A DNA stretch of 39,932 nucleotides from an uncultured Clostridia bacterium (GTDB lineage: Bacteria > Bacillota > Clostridia > Christensenellales > UBA1750), in assembly GCA_944381265.1 (NCBI GenBank), contig CALWKN010000134.1, forward strand, positions 1 through 39,932, given 5' to 3'. Each line of letters opens with the position of its first letter. Position 1 is the first letter of the stretch. The notes beneath the pieces are model-generated. The model saw only the letters and a list, made by a program, of their open reading frames with translations, ran no database searches and was not told the DNA's origin. The position numbers and the translations under genes were made by a program. Shown piece by piece: positions 8,450 to 19,661 of the stretch.

Positions 8450-9493
8450 ATGAAAAGACTGGATGGGTACATGGCGGGCGTGAACCTGGGCGGCTGGCTC
8501 TCCCAGTACGCGGGCAACCTGCAGCGCGACCCGGAACACCACTTCGACCGCTTCATCACCGAGGAGGACATGCGGCGCATCGCGGACTTCGGCTTTGACC
8601 ACGTGCGCGTGCCCTTCGACTACCCGCTGATCGAGGACGACGACAAGCCCTTCGTCTACAAGGAGGCGGGTTTTGCCCAGCTGGACAACTGCGTAAGCTG
8701 GTGCAGGAAGTACGGCATCAACCTGGTGCTGGACCTGCACCGCGCGCCCGGCTTCTCCTTCAACGAGCCGGAAAAGAGCGTGCTTTTCGGCGACCAGGAT
8801 TCCCAGGCGCGGTTCCTTGCCATCTGGCAGGCGTTCGCCAAGCGCTATAAGAACGAGGGACACATGCTCTTTGAGCTGCTCAACGAGATCGTGGAGCCCG
8901 ACTCCAGCCGCTGGAACGCGCTGGCCACCCGCGCCATCGCCGCCATCCGCGAGGTGGACACAGAACACCCCATCGTCATCGGCGGCATCGACTACAACAA
9001 CGTCTGGCGCCTGAAGGACATGCCGATCTTCGACGACCCGAAGGTGATCTACAACTTCCACATGTACGAGCCCTTTGCCATGACGCACCAGCGCGCCAGC
9101 TGGAACGAGGCGGCCATGCGCTTCAACCGCACCATGTACTACCCGGACAAGCTGGACGGCTATCTGGAGTTCCCGACGCAGCTGCATCGGCGGCTGGACC
9201 TGTACGAGGGGCTGACCTACATGGACCGCGACTTCGTCTACCGCTTCCTGCAGCCGGCGGCGGACTTCATTGCCGAGCACGACCTGCCGCTGTACTGCGG
9301 CGAGTACGGCGCCATCGACAACGCGGACAGCGAGAGCCGCGCCGCCTGGACGCAGGATGTGGCGGCCTTCTGCACGCAGCACGGCATCGGCCGGGCGCTG
9401 TGGAGCTATCGCGGCATGAACTTCGGCCTAATCGACGAGGAGACGAAGGAACCGGTGAGCGCGGCGCTGCTGCGCGCGGCGGTGCGCAAATAA
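8450..9493 (+). CDS. Glycoside hydrolase family 5 (cellulase-superfamily), no signal peptide
   Basis: GVNLGGWLSQ N-terminal motif. FELLNEI (acid/base NE) and CGEYG (nucleophile Glu context). AAGGAGGG RBS lies 5 nt before ATG 8450; the track start at 8444 is a GTG. Confidence 0.85.
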   Translation: MKRLDGYMAGVNLGGWLSQYAGNLQRDPEHHFDRFITEEDMRRIADFGFDHVRVPFDYPLIEDDDKPFVYKEAGFAQLDNCVSWCRKYGINLVLDLHRAPGFSFNEPEKSVLFGDQDSQARFLAIWQAFAKRYKNEGHMLFELLNEIVEPDSSRWNALATRAIAAIREVDTEHPIVIGGIDYNNVWRLKDMPIFDDPKVIYNFHMYEPFAMTHQRASWNEAAMRFNRTMYYPDKLDGYLEFPTQLHRRLDLYEGLTYMDRDFVYRFLQPAADFIAEHDLPLYCGEYGAIDNADSESRAAWTQDVAAFCTQHGIGRALWSYRGMNFGLIDEETKEPVSAALLRAAVRK

Positions 9494-9509
9494 AAGGAGG
9501 GCTTGATCG

Positions 9510-11000
9510 ATGCATCTGTTTTCCACGCTGTTTACCGCGCAGTCCGTGGACCGCGACCTGCGCAATGAGGAAGGAATTTCCAAGGCCATCGCCTGGTGCA
9601 AGGCTTCCGGGCTGAACAAAGTCTACGTCGAGTCCTTCCGCGGCGGCCTGTTCATCGAGCAGGAGCTGCTGGAGGCGGTGCGCGACCGGTTCCTGGCCGA
9701 GGGCTTCCTGGTGCACGGCTGCGTGACGCCCACGGGCCTGCCCAAGGTCTCCAACAACTGGAAGGACGGCGGCTGCTACTCCTATCCGGCCACGCAGGAG
9801 CTGATGGCGCAGATCTTCCGCCGCACGGCCGCGGTGTTTGACACGGTGATGATCGACGACTTCCTGTTCACGGACTGCACCTGCGAGGACTGCGACAAGG
9901 CGCGCGGCGAGCGCAGCTTTGCCGACTTCCACAGCGACCTCATGCACGAGATGAGCGTGCGCTGCATACTGCGCCCGGCGCACGAGGTGAACCCGCGCTG
10001 CAAGGTGATCATCAAGTACCCGCTTTGGTACGAGAACTTCCACAAGAACGGCTACGAGACCATCCGCCAGACGCGCGACTTCGACTTGATCTGGGCCGGC
10101 ACCGAGACGCGCGAGCCGGACTCCGAGCGCTGGGGCCGCTATCCGCAGACGCAGGGCTTCTACATGATGGCCTGGGACGTAAAGCTCGGCGGCGGCAAGT
10201 GCATGGGCGGCTGGTACGACCCCTACACCACCACGCCGCCGACGTACCTGGAGCAGGCGCGCCAGACGATACTGGGCGGCGCGAAGGAGAGCATGCTCTT
10301 CTGCTACCGCGCGCTGTCCGAGGAACAGCCGGGCATGGAGGACACCGAGGCCCTGCGCAAAGAGCGTCCCGGGCTGCTGAAGTTGGCCTACCTTACCGAA
10401 AATAAGCGGATCGTGGGCGTTTCCGTGCCCAAGAAGCCGGACGTGGACGCCGAGGAAGAGCGGTACTTAAGCAGCTTCTACGGCATGCTGGGCATTCCCG
10501 TCTGCCCGGAAGTATCGCTGGATGAAAACGCCCCGAGCGCCATACTCGGCGCGCAGGCGCTGGGCTTTGCGGGCATACGCGACTACGCGCTGGACCTGCA
10601 GGAGCGCGGCGTGCCGACGGCCTATTCCGCTGCCTTCCTGCGCAAGACGGGGCTCGCCGCCGCGGGCGCGCCGGTGATCGACCCGGGCGCGGACAACTGG
10701 ACGCTGATGGACATGGAGAAGGGCGCGCTGGATGCCCTGCGCGACGCGCTGACCGCGCCGCTGGGCCTGCGCTTCCGCGCGCCGACGCGCGTGGCGCTCA
10801 ACCTCTACGACCAGGACATGGAAGTGATCCAGAACTTCCTGGATGAGCCGGTTGAGGTAGAATTGGACCTCTTTGGGCGCGATCCCAAGGCGCGGAAGAT
10901 CGCTCTGGTGCTCTCCGAGGGGCGCAAGGTCGATCTTGCGCGCGAGGGCAGCCTCTACCGCCTGACGATCCCGCCGCGCACGCTGGTCGTGCTCAACTGA
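9510..11000 (+). CDS. Hypothetical protein co-transcribed with GH5 (possible glycoside-hydrolase-like enzyme)
   Basis: 496-aa ORF with an AAAGGAGGG RBS, starting 17 nt after GH5. It has backbone-like codon usage, no signal peptide and no TM segment. It carries a DCTCEDC cysteine cluster at aa 122-128. I do not recognise the family. Confidence 0.75.
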   Translation: MHLFSTLFTAQSVDRDLRNEEGISKAIAWCKASGLNKVYVESFRGGLFIEQELLEAVRDRFLAEGFLVHGCVTPTGLPKVSNNWKDGGCYSYPATQELMAQIFRRTAAVFDTVMIDDFLFTDCTCEDCDKARGERSFADFHSDLMHEMSVRCILRPAHEVNPRCKVIIKYPLWYENFHKNGYETIRQTRDFDLIWAGTETREPDSERWGRYPQTQGFYMMAWDVKLGGGKCMGGWYDPYTTTPPTYLEQARQTILGGAKESMLFCYRALSEEQPGMEDTEALRKERPGLLKLAYLTENKRIVGVSVPKKPDVDAEEERYLSSFYGMLGIPVCPEVSLDENAPSAILGAQALGFAGIRDYALDLQERGVPTAYSAAFLRKTGLAAAGAPVIDPGADNWTLMDMEKGALDALRDALTAPLGLRFRAPTRVALNLYDQDMEVIQNFLDEPVEVELDLFGRDPKARKIALVLSEGRKVDLAREGSLYRLTIPPRTLVVLN

Positions 11001-11021
11001 TCTCTCCCCACGGGACAAAAC

Positions 11022-11066
11022 GGGGGCGCAAGGGAAGTTCTCTTCCCTTGCGCCCCTTCGTTTTGC
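11022..11066. terminator. Strong intrinsic terminator (bidirectional) ending the sugar operon
   Basis: GGGGGCGCAAGGGAAG (11022-11037), TTCT loop, CTTCCCTTGCGCCCC (11042-11056), then TTCGTTTTGCG. An A-run lies upstream. Confidence 0.8.
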
Positions 11067-11084
11067 GATCCCCCGGCGCCGGCT

Positions 11085-11579
11085 TTACAGCGCATAGCGG
11101 TAGACGTAGTCGTCCATGCAGAAGCCGGAGCCGATGTCGTTCTTCTCCTCGCGCAGGCGGACAAAGCCCATGTGCTCATAGGCCTGCACCGCGCTGTTGC
11201 CGCGGTTGACGTTGAGCTCCACCGCGCGCAGGCCCAGCGCGCGGGCCTGCCGGAGCACGAAGCGCAGCATCTGCCAGGCCAGGCCCTTGCCGCGCCAGTC
11301 CTTGCGCAAGTAGAACTTGCTCAGGTACAGCGCCTCCCCTTTGGGGTAGAAGGCGAGAAAGCCGATGCGCTCCCCGCCGTCCGCGCAGGCGAAAAAGTAG
11401 CGATAGCCGCTCCTGAGCTGCCCGCAGATGGCGGGCACGGACTGGAACTTCTTTAGCATGTAGTCGTTCTGGGCCTTGCCGATCAGCGGGTCGAAGTGCT
11501 CCCGCACGATGGCGGTGGCCAGGCGGGAAAGCGCTTCGATCTCCGCTTCATCCCCGAGTCTCACTTCCGCAAATCGCAC
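11085..11579 (-). CDS. GNAT family N-acetyltransferase
   Basis: Acetyl-CoA binding core LRKDWRGKGLAWQML and NSAVQAYEHMGF. The proposed GTG start at 11579 overlaps the upstream GNAT stop by 19 nt. The track ORF to 11690 is Arg/Gly-rich junk at its N-terminus. Confidence 0.75.
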   Translation of the reverse strand: MRFAEVRLGDEAEIEALSRLATAIVREHFDPLIGKAQNDYMLKKFQSVPAICGQLRSGYRYFFACADGGERIGFLAFYPKGEALYLSKFYLRKDWRGKGLAWQMLRFVLRQARALGLRAVELNVNRGNSAVQAYEHMGFVRLREEKNDIGSGFCMDDYVYRYAL

Positions 11580-12124
11580 GCCTCTCCCTCCCCTTCCGCT
11601 TCCAGCTCCAGGTACCAGAAGACGGCCTTTTCCCGGCTGCCAAAGCCGGCGTAGAGCTTTTCGTCGATCCCGCCGATGCGAAGGCCGCACTTGCGGTAGA
11701 AGCGGCAGGCGAGCAGGTTGTCGTCCTGTGTCTCCAGCATCAGGCCGTGCAGGCCGCGTTCCCGCGCCCAGGCCCTGGCGCAGTCCATCAGGCGCGTGCC
11801 GACGCCCTGGCCGCGCCGCTCCCGGTCCACCGCCAGCTCGTGGACGAAGGCATAGCGGTTCCAGTAGGCCTCCAGCAGGAGGACGCCCGCAACCCGCCCG
11901 CCCTCCCGAGCGGCAAAACCGGCGCAGTCCGCTTCCCGCAGGAAGCGCTCCAGGTCCACGTCGTCGGGGTAGGTCTTCTCCCTGACTTCGGGGAAGAGCT
12001 CCTCCCGCGCGGACCAGCGACCGTCGCGGTACTCGGGCAGCAGACGGCCGATCACGGCAAAGGACTGGCGCAGCACGGCGGCGCAGGCGGGCGCGTTTTG
12101 CCGCGTCAGGGGCTCGATGCGCAT
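11561..12124 (-). CDS. GNAT N-acetyltransferase resembling streptothricin acetyltransferase (SatA/YyaR-like)
   Basis: The segment EAYWNRYAFVHELAVDRERRGQGVGTRLM...GLMLETQDDNLLACRFYRKCGLRIGGIDEKLY...VFWYLEL matches my recollection of the Sat/STAT family core (LETQ..N..AC.FY..GF..GG.D). Confidence 0.7.
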   Translation of the reverse strand: MRIEPLTRQNAPACAAVLRQSFAVIGRLLPEYRDGRWSAREELFPEVREKTYPDDVDLERFLREADCAGFAAREGGRVAGVLLLEAYWNRYAFVHELAVDRERRGQGVGTRLMDCARAWARERGLHGLMLETQDDNLLACRFYRKCGLRIGGIDEKLYAGFGSREKAVFWYLELEAEGEGEACDLRK

Positions 12125-12127
12125 CTC

Positions 12128-12655
12128 TCAGCCCTCCAGCACGTCGATCTGCGCGCCGCGCAGCACGTCCATGGCCTTATCGTGCAGCGCTGGGTCAAAG
12201 GAGCGGGTCAGCGCCCCGTTGACGGCGACGCGGCACTCGGGCAGCGCCGCCTTGCAGAGCACGGCGTTGGAGAGCACGCACATGTTGGAGACCAGGCCGC
12301 ACAGCTCGATCTCCTGCACCGGGTGGTCGATCAGGTACAGCAGGAGCTCGCGGCTGCCGAGCGCGCCCTTGCAGAAGCAGAGGTCCTCCGGCCGCTGCAT
12401 CTGCGCCACGCGGCCGTAGAGCGCCCAGCCGGGCGTGCCGGCGATGCAGTGGGGCGTGGGCAGGCGGCGGCCCTCCTGCGTCTCCAGGTAGTCTTTGTGG
12501 TGGGTGTCAAACGTGAAATAGACTTCCCAGCCCTCCTCGCGGGCGCGCTCGATGCGGCGGCAGATGGGGCCTTCCAGCGCCTCGGCGCCGGGAAAGCCCA
12601 GCGCGCCGTCCACAAAGTCCTTTTGAAAATCCACCACGAGAAGCACCTTGCGCAT
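12128..12655 (-). CDS. Isochorismatase-family cysteine hydrolase (nicotinamidase/pyrazinamidase-like)
   Basis: LLVVDFQKDF N-terminus. THHKDY...PTPHC metal/substrate region. Catalytic Cys context GLVSNMCV. Confidence 0.8.
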   Translation of the reverse strand: MRKVLLVVDFQKDFVDGALGFPGAEALEGPICRRIERAREEGWEVYFTFDTHHKDYLETQEGRRLPTPHCIAGTPGWALYGRVAQMQRPEDLCFCKGALGSRELLLYLIDHPVQEIELCGLVSNMCVLSNAVLCKAALPECRVAVNGALTRSFDPALHDKAMDVLRGAQIDVLEG

Positions 12656-12681
12656 CTTCGCTTCCTCCTAAGGTCAGAGCT

Positions 12682-13812
<1,131 letters not shown>

Positions 13813-13818
13813 ACTCCC

Positions 13819-14310
13819 TCAATCCTCCTTGTCGTTCAAAAGGCGCAGCAGCAGGCGCAGCGCGCATTCCGCCGCGGCCCGGCGCACCTGCGCCCGGTCC
13901 CCGGGGAACACGCATCTCTCCACCACCGCCCGCTCCCGAAACTGCGCGGCCATGTACACCAGGCCCACGGGCTTGTCCGCCGTGCCGCCGTCCGGCCCGG
14001 CAATGCCCGTGACCGCTATGCCGCAATCACTGCCTGTAGTATGACAGATGCCATGCACCATTTCCAGTGCGCACTGCTCGCTGACCGCGCCGTGCGTCTG
14101 TAAAGTTTCCGTTAACACGCCCAGGCGGCGCACTTTGGCGGCGTTGGAGTAGCAGACGCAGCCCTCCAGCAGGGCGGCGCTGACGCCGGGGCAGGCGACC
14201 AGCGCGGAGGCGATCATGCCGCCGGTGCAGGACTCCGCCAGGGCGATGGTCTGCTTTTTCTCCAAGAGCCGCGCAACGAGCGCGCGGGCAAGGGATTCCA
14301 GTGTGTCCAC
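13819..14310 (-). CDS. cinA: CinA C-terminal domain protein (nicotinamide-nucleotide amidohydrolase PncC-like)
   Basis: LAESCTGGMIA and GIAVTGIAGPDGG motifs. It sits in the classic pgsA-cinA-recA arrangement. Confidence 0.85.
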   Translation of the reverse strand: MDTLESLARALVARLLEKKQTIALAESCTGGMIASALVACPGVSAALLEGCVCYSNAAKVRRLGVLTETLQTHGAVSEQCALEMVHGICHTTGSDCGIAVTGIAGPDGGTADKPVGLVYMAAQFRERAVVERCVFPGDRAQVRRAAAECALRLLLRLLNDKED

Positions 14311-14316
14311 GCAGCG

Positions 14317-14871
14317 TCACTCCTTTTCCAACAGCACCTGCTTGTTCTTTGCGATGTAGTCCACGCCGGACCAGATGGTGAAGACCACGGCCACGACCTC
14401 GGCGACCTTGTCCATGGGCAGGCCGATGAAGCGGAAGGGGAAGTTGTTGAGCAGGAGCAGGACGACGGCGATGATCTGCGTGGTGGTCTTGATCTTGCCC
14501 AGATAGCTCGCGGCGATGACCACATCGCGCTCGGCGGCGACGAGGCGGAAGCCGGAGATGATGAACTCGCGCGAGAGTATGATGATGCAGCTGACCGCGC
14601 TCATGCGGCCGTCGCCGACCAGGAGCACGAAGGCCGAGGTGACCAGGAGCTTGTCGGCGATGGGGTCGATGAACTTGCCGAAATTCGTGACCTCGTTGCG
14701 GCTGCGGGCCAGGTGGCCGTCCACCCAGTCGGTGGCGGCGGCGATGATGAAGAGCAGCGTCGGCACCACGCGCGCAGCGCCATCGGGGTTGAAGAAGCAG
14801 TAGCTGCAGATGAAGAGCGGGATCAGGCAGATGCGCAGGAGCGTCACCTTGCTGGCCAGCGTCAGCTTCAT
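14317..14871 (-). CDS. pgsA: CDP-diacylglycerol--glycerol-3-phosphate 3-phosphatidyltransferase
   Basis: CDP-alcohol phosphatidyltransferase motif DWVDGHLAR...GKFIDPIADK. Multi-TM. The start overlaps the rimO stop (ATGA at 14868-14871). Confidence 0.9.
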   Translation of the reverse strand: MKLTLASKVTLLRICLIPLFICSYCFFNPDGAARVVPTLLFIIAAATDWVDGHLARSRNEVTNFGKFIDPIADKLLVTSAFVLLVGDGRMSAVSCIIILSREFIISGFRLVAAERDVVIAASYLGKIKTTTQIIAVVLLLLNNFPFRFIGLPMDKVAEVVAVVFTIWSGVDYIAKNKQVLLEKE

Positions 14872-16178
14872 GCCAGCACCCCCGTTACGTCGTAGTCCTG
14901 CGCGTCGGTGATGCGCACGGAGACAAAGCTCCCTTCCTCCAGGTTCTCGGCGAGCTTGATGTAGATCTTGCCGTCGGTCTCCGGCGCCTCCCAGGCGGAG
15001 CGACCGTAATAGAGGCCGTTTTCCTCGCGGCCCTCGACGAGTACCTCGACGGTGCTGCCGACGCGGCTCTCGTTAAAGGCGCGGGAGATCTTCTTCTGCG
15101 CGCGCATGATCTTGCCCTCGCGCGCCTTGCGCACGCGCACAGGCACCTGGTCCTGCCGCGCGGCGGCGGGGGTGCCCTCCTCCTCGGAGAAGGCGAACAC
15201 GCCGAGGCGGTCGAAGGGGCAGTCCTGCACGAACTGGAGCAGCTCCTGGAACTCCTCCTCCGTCTCGCCGGGGAAGCCGGTGATGAGCGTGGTGCGCAGG
15301 GCAAAGCCGCCCATGTCCCGGATCTTCCGGTAGAGGGAGCGGATCAGGGCGCTGTCGCCGCGGCGGTTCATCTCGCGCAGCACCTTGTCGTTGATGTGCT
15401 GCAGGGGGATGTCCAAATAGGAACAGACCTTGGGCTCCTCCTTCATGACGGAAAGCAGCTCGTCGTCGATGAGCTCGGGGTAGCAGTAGAGCGCGCGCAC
15501 CCAGTGCACGCCCTCGACCGCGGCCACGCGGCGCAGAAGCTCTGCCAGCATGGGCCTATGGTAGAGGTCCTTGCCGTAATAGGTGGTGTCCTGCGCCACG
15601 AGCACGATCTCGCGCACGCCCTTTTCCGCAAGAGATCGCACCTCGCGCTCGATGTTCTCCAGCGGGCGGGAGACGTAGTTGCCGCGGATGTAGGGGATGG
15701 CGCAGAAGGCGCAGCGGTTGTTGCAGCCGTCGGCGATCTTGACATAGGCGGTGTAGCCGGGGGTAGTGAGCACGCGGTCCACGTTCTCCAAGTAGCAAAA
15801 GGGAGCGTCCGCGTCCACGATGTGCGCGCCCGCCGCGCACTCGCGCACGACCTGCGCGATCCTCTCCGTCTCACCGATGCCAAGGAACGCGTCCACCTCC
15901 GGCATCTCCGGCGGCAGCTCCTTGGCATAGCGCTTGGAAAGGCAGCCGGTGACGATGAGCGCCTTGCAGTTCCGCTGCTTGTACTCGGCCATCTCCAATA
16001 TCGTGTCGATGGACTCCTGCTTGGCGGCCTCGATGAAGCCGCAGGTGTTGACGATGATGGCGTCCGCCTTTTCCGGGTCGGACTCCAGCTCAAAGCCTTC
16101 GCGCGCCAGCACGCCCAGCATCAGTTCCGCGTCCACGCGGTTCTTGGCGCAGCCCAGGGAGACCATTCCGATTTTCAT
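14868..16178 (-). CDS. rimO: Ribosomal protein S12 methylthiotransferase RimO (radical SAM)
   Basis: N-terminal SLGCAKN. Radical SAM cluster CNNRCAFCAIP. C-terminal TRAM-like domain. 436 aa. Confidence 0.9.
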   Translation of the reverse strand: MKIGMVSLGCAKNRVDAELMLGVLAREGFELESDPEKADAIIVNTCGFIEAAKQESIDTILEMAEYKQRNCKALIVTGCLSKRYAKELPPEMPEVDAFLGIGETERIAQVVRECAAGAHIVDADAPFCYLENVDRVLTTPGYTAYVKIADGCNNRCAFCAIPYIRGNYVSRPLENIEREVRSLAEKGVREIVLVAQDTTYYGKDLYHRPMLAELLRRVAAVEGVHWVRALYCYPELIDDELLSVMKEEPKVCSYLDIPLQHINDKVLREMNRRGDSALIRSLYRKIRDMGGFALRTTLITGFPGETEEEFQELLQFVQDCPFDRLGVFAFSEEEGTPAAARQDQVPVRVRKAREGKIMRAQKKISRAFNESRVGSTVEVLVEGREENGLYYGRSAWEAPETDGKIYIKLAENLEEGSFVSVRITDAQDYDVTGVLA

Positions 16179-16186
16179 AGGTCCAT

Positions 16187-19009
16187 CTACTCCTCGTCGT
16201 CGTGATAGGCCGGGGCGTCGGGCTCGACGCCGGCCAGTTGGTAGAACTGCTCGCGGGTGATCCGGGTCTGGCGGGGCTTGGAGCCCTCAAAGCCGGAGAT
16301 GAAGCCGCGCTTTTCCATTTGGTCGAGTATGCGTCCGGCGCGGGCGTAGCCCACGCGGTGCTTGCGCTGGATCATGGAGGCGGAGATCTGCCCGGCGTCC
16401 ACGGCCAGCTCCACGCAGTCCATCAGCAGGGGATCGGCGCCTTCCTCCTCCTGCTGCTCGTCCTTCTGCTTCTTGTCGCCGCTGTCCGCGCGCTCCAGCG
16501 CCTCGGTGACGCTCTCGTCGTAGCGGGCGGCGGCCCTGTCCTTGACAAAGTCCACAAGGTTTGTGACCTCGTCGTCGCTGATGAAGGCGCCCTGGACGCG
16601 GATGGCCTTGCTGGCGCCGCTGGGGTCAAAGAGCATGTCGCCGCGGCCGAGCAGCTTTTCCGCCCCGCCGATGCCAAGGATCGTGCGGCTGTCCACCTGC
16701 GAGGCCACGGCAAAGGCGATGCGCGAGGGCACGTTGGCCTTGATCAGGCCCGTGATGACGTCCACGGACGGGCGCTGCGTGGCGATGACCAGGTGGATGC
16801 CGGCGGCTCTTGCCAGCTGCGTCAGGCGGCAGATCTTCTGCTCGACGTCGCCCTGCGCAACCATCATAAGGTCCGCCAATTCGTCTATGATCAACACGAT
16901 CTGCGGCAGGGGCTCCAGGCCGTTTTTCACGGCGTACTTGTTGTAGCCCTTGAGGTCGCGCACCACCGCGCCCTCAAAGCGCTTGTAGCGGTCGGTCATC
17001 TCCTGCACGGCCCAGCCCAGCGCGCCGGCGGCCTTCTTGGGGTCGGAGACCACGGGCGTGAGCAGATGCGGGATGCCGTTGTAGACGCTCAGCTCCACGA
17101 CCTTGGGGTCGATGAGGATCAGGCGCACCTCGTCGGGCGTGGCCTTGTAGAGTATGGAGGCGATGATGGAGTTGATGCACACGGACTTGCCCGAGCCCGT
17201 GGCGCCGGCGATGAGCAAATGCGGCATGCGCGCAAGGTCCGCCACCACCGGCGTGCCGGCGATGTCCTTGCCCAGGGCCACGGCGATCTTGGAGGGGTGG
17301 TCCTGGAACTCCGCGCTCTCGAGCACCTCTCGCAAGGGGACGGTGGCGATGGTGGCGTTGGCGATCTCGATGCCCACGGCGGACTTTCCGGGTATGGGCG
17401 CCTCGATGCGCACGCCGCCCATGGCCGCCATGTTCAGGGCGATGTCGTCGGCAAGGCCGGTGATCTTGGAGACCTTGACGCCGCGGGCGGGCTGCAGCTC
17501 GTACCTGGTGATGGCCGGGCCGCGGGCCACGTTGACCACCTTGGCTTCGATGCCGAAGGAGAGCAGCGTCTCTTCCAGCAGGTCGATCTTCTTCTGCTGC
17601 TCCTCTTCCTGCTCGTGGTCGTGCAGCGGATCGGGGGCCTTTGCGGGGGTGAGCAGGTTCAGCGGCGGGAAGCGGTAGGGCGGCAGGGCGTCCGGGTCGA
17701 TGACCGGCGTCTTCTCCTCGGCGAACTGGTACTCCACCTCGCGCGCCGGGGAGATCTCGCGCGGCTTGCCAAGGACAAGGTTCGGCATCTCGCGCGGCGG
17801 CTCGATGATCTCGTCCTCCGCGTCGTCGTCAAAATCGGCGACGGAGGGGTTTTGCGGCTGCTGCTGCGCCTGCAGGGGCGAAAAGCGCAGCGCGGCGGCT
17901 TCTTCCTTCGGCGCGGGCGCTTCCGCCTTAGGCTTTGCCGCCTCCTCCGCCGTATCGCTCTCCATGGCCTCTTCCGCCTGTGCCGCGCCTTCTGCCTCCG
18001 GCACGGCCACGGGCTTTATCACCGGCACGATCTCCAGCGGCACGACCTCTTCTCCCTCGGCGCTTTCCTCCGTCCGCGCCTGCGGGGCGACGTGGTCGAT
18101 CTCGATCTCGTCCGGTTCGGCCTGCTTGCGGGAAAAGAGCTCAAAGCGCGGCAGCGTCTTGCGCGGCGCCTCGTAGACCTCGCCCTCCTCCATCTCCTCC
18201 GGCTCCTCGCGCCTCAGCGGCGTCATCAGCGGCTCCGGCTCGTCTCTGTGGGCGGGGGCGGTGACGTGTTCGTTGCGCAGGGGCGGCTTCTCCCGCTCCG
18301 CGGCGGGCGGCGGCGTCTCGGCCCGGCGCAGATCGCGGCGCAGGGCGCGCTCCTGGCTGTAGCTGCGGGCGCTCTCGCGCACGCGGCGGCCCGCATCGAC
18401 GGCGGCCTCGCTGACCTTCTGGGCGGTAGAGCGCATGGAGAGTTTGCCCAGGGCAAAGACGCAGCCCACGATCAGCGCCACGGTGAGTATCCAGCAGCCG
18501 ACGCTGCCCAGCAGCGCCCGCAGGGGGAAGGTGAGCAGCCCGCCCAGCGCGCCGGAGCCGGTGTGGTTGGCCTGGCCGTAGGCGTAGGAGGCGGTGATGT
18601 AGCCCCAGTATCCCACGCTCTCCCGCGCCTCCAGCACGGCCTCCTGCACGCGGCCGTCCACGATCAGATGGTTGACCACAAAGAGCATGAGCACGGTGAC
18701 GCAGGTGAGGGCGAGCTTGCCGGGGTGCAGGCGCAGGCGCTTGGCGATGAGCGTGATCCAGCCGGACGCGATCAGCAGCAGCGGCACGACGTAGGCCCCC
18801 AGGCCGAAGAGGCCGAACATCACGCCGGCGATGCTCTCGCCCAGCAGCCCCGCCCCGCCCATCACCACCGCCACAAAGGCGAAGATGCCAACGACGATGA
18901 GCGCAAACCCGGTGATTTCCCGGGACGCGGCGGGGGATTGTTTTTTCGCTCTGGCCTTGGAGGCGGCGGTCCGAGCCCCGCTCCGCGCGCCTTTCTTTGC
19001 GGTCGCCAT
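16187..19009 (-). CDS. ftsK: DNA translocase FtsK/SpoIIIE
   Basis: N-terminal TM helices and a long Pro/Glu-rich linker. Motor domain with Walker A GATGSGKS and Walker [10 protein letters not shown]. Gamma winged helix [28 protein letters not shown] 19009 is chosen as the start; GTG 19033 is an upstream in-frame alternative. Confidence 0.95.
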   Translation of the reverse strand: MATAKKGARSGARTAASKARAKKQSPAASREITGFALIVVGIFAFVAVVMGGAGLLGESIAGVMFGLFGLGAYVVPLLLIASGWITLIAKRLRLHPGKLALTCVTVLMLFVVNHLIVDGRVQEAVLEARESVGYWGYITASYAYGQANHTGSGALGGLLTFPLRALLGSVGCWILTVALIVGCVFALGKLSMRSTAQKVSEAAVDAGRRVRESARSYSQERALRRDLRRAETPPPAAEREKPPLRNEHVTAPAHRDEPEPLMTPLRREEPEEMEEGEVYEAPRKTLPRFELFSRKQAEPDEIEIDHVAPQARTEESAEGEEVVPLEIVPVIKPVAVPEAEGAAQAEEAMESDTAEEAAKPKAEAPAPKEEAAALRFSPLQAQQQPQNPSVADFDDDAEDEIIEPPREMPNLVLGKPREISPAREVEYQFAEEKTPVIDPDALPPYRFPPLNLLTPAKAPDPLHDHEQEEEQQKKIDLLEETLLSFGIEAKVVNVARGPAITRYELQPARGVKVSKITGLADDIALNMAAMGGVRIEAPIPGKSAVGIEIANATIATVPLREVLESAEFQDHPSKIAVALGKDIAGTPVVADLARMPHLLIAGATGSGKSVCINSIIASILYKATPDEVRLILIDPKVVELSVYNGIPHLLTPVVSDPKKAAGALGWAVQEMTDRYKRFEGAVVRDLKGYNKYAVKNGLEPLPQIVLIIDELADLMMVAQGDVEQKICRLTQLARAAGIHLVIATQRPSVDVITGLIKANVPSRIAFAVASQVDSRTILGIGGAEKLLGRGDMLFDPSGASKAIRVQGAFISDDEVTNLVDFVKDRAAARYDESVTEALERADSGDKKQKDEQQEEEGADPLLMDCVELAVDAGQISASMIQRKHRVGYARAGRILDQMEKRGFISGFEGSKPRQTRITREQFYQLAGVEPDAPAYHDDEE

Positions 19010-19112
19010 TTGCTTTCCCACGCTCCTTTCCACACGGAGATCTGCAAAAATCGAAACTTATATAAATTCTGCTTGAGGGTGGAAAAATCCTTCTTTTTCC
19101 GGGCGGCGCGGC

Positions 19113-19661
19113 CTACACGCCGCCGAAATCCAGCAGATCGTCCCCGCCCGTCTCCACGGGGGTGAGCTTGGGCAACTCGTCCAAAGAGGAGAGGGCGAAG
19201 TGCTGCAAAAACTTTTCCGTCGTGCCGTAGAGTATGGGGCGGCCGACGGTGTCGCGGCGGCCCACCTCCTCGATGAGGCCGCTGTGCGCGAGGGTCGCGA
19301 TGGCGCGGTCGCACTGCACGCCGCGGATCTGCTCGATCTCCAGGCGCGTGATGGGCTGGCGGTAGGCCACCACCGCCAGTGTCTCCAGCGCGGCCTGCGT
19401 CAGCGTCTGGCGGCGCACGGGCTGAAGCACCTTTTCGATCAGGGGCAGGTACTGCGGCCGCGTGCAGAGCTGCAGGCTCTCCTCGTAGCGCATCAGGCGC
19501 ACGCCGCGCCCCTCGCCGTAGCGCAGGGCCAGGCCGCGCAGCACGGGCTCAAACGCCTCCGGCCCGATCTCCAGCGCCTCCAGGAGCGCGCGTATGGACA
19601 CGGGCTCGCCGGAGGCAAAGAGCACGGCCTCGGCAGCGGAGATCTGTTCCTCCAGCGTCAC
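19113..19661 (-). CDS. scpB: Segregation and condensation protein B
   Basis: AEAVLFASGEPVS N-terminus and tandem winged-helix pattern. The GTG start overlaps the scpA stop (GTGA at 19658-19661). The track ORF extension to 19862 is Arg-rich junk. Confidence 0.9.
   Translation of the reverse strand: MTLEEQISAAEAVLFASGEPVSIRALLEALEIGPEAFEPVLRGLALRYGEGRGVRLMRYEESLQLCTRPQYLPLIEKVLQPVRRQTLTQAALETLAVVAYRQPITRLEIEQIRGVQCDRAIATLAHSGLIEEVGRRDTVGRPILYGTTEKFLQHFALSSLDELPKLTPVETGGDDLLDFGGV

Noticed and set aside
19040-19080. AT-rich element AAACTTATATAAATTCT between scpB and ftsK, considered as a dif-like XerCD site or a Cheo/SOS box
   Set aside because: It has only loose resemblance to the Firmicute dif core and contains no GAAC-N4-GTTC. 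It is more simply the AT-rich promoter region for ftsK.
16202-19165. 987-aa ORF on the plus strand
   Set aside because: It is antisense to ftsK/spoIIIE, which has unambiguous Walker and gamma-domain motifs. The sequence is low-complexity Gly/Ala/Arg/Leu. High-GC artefact.
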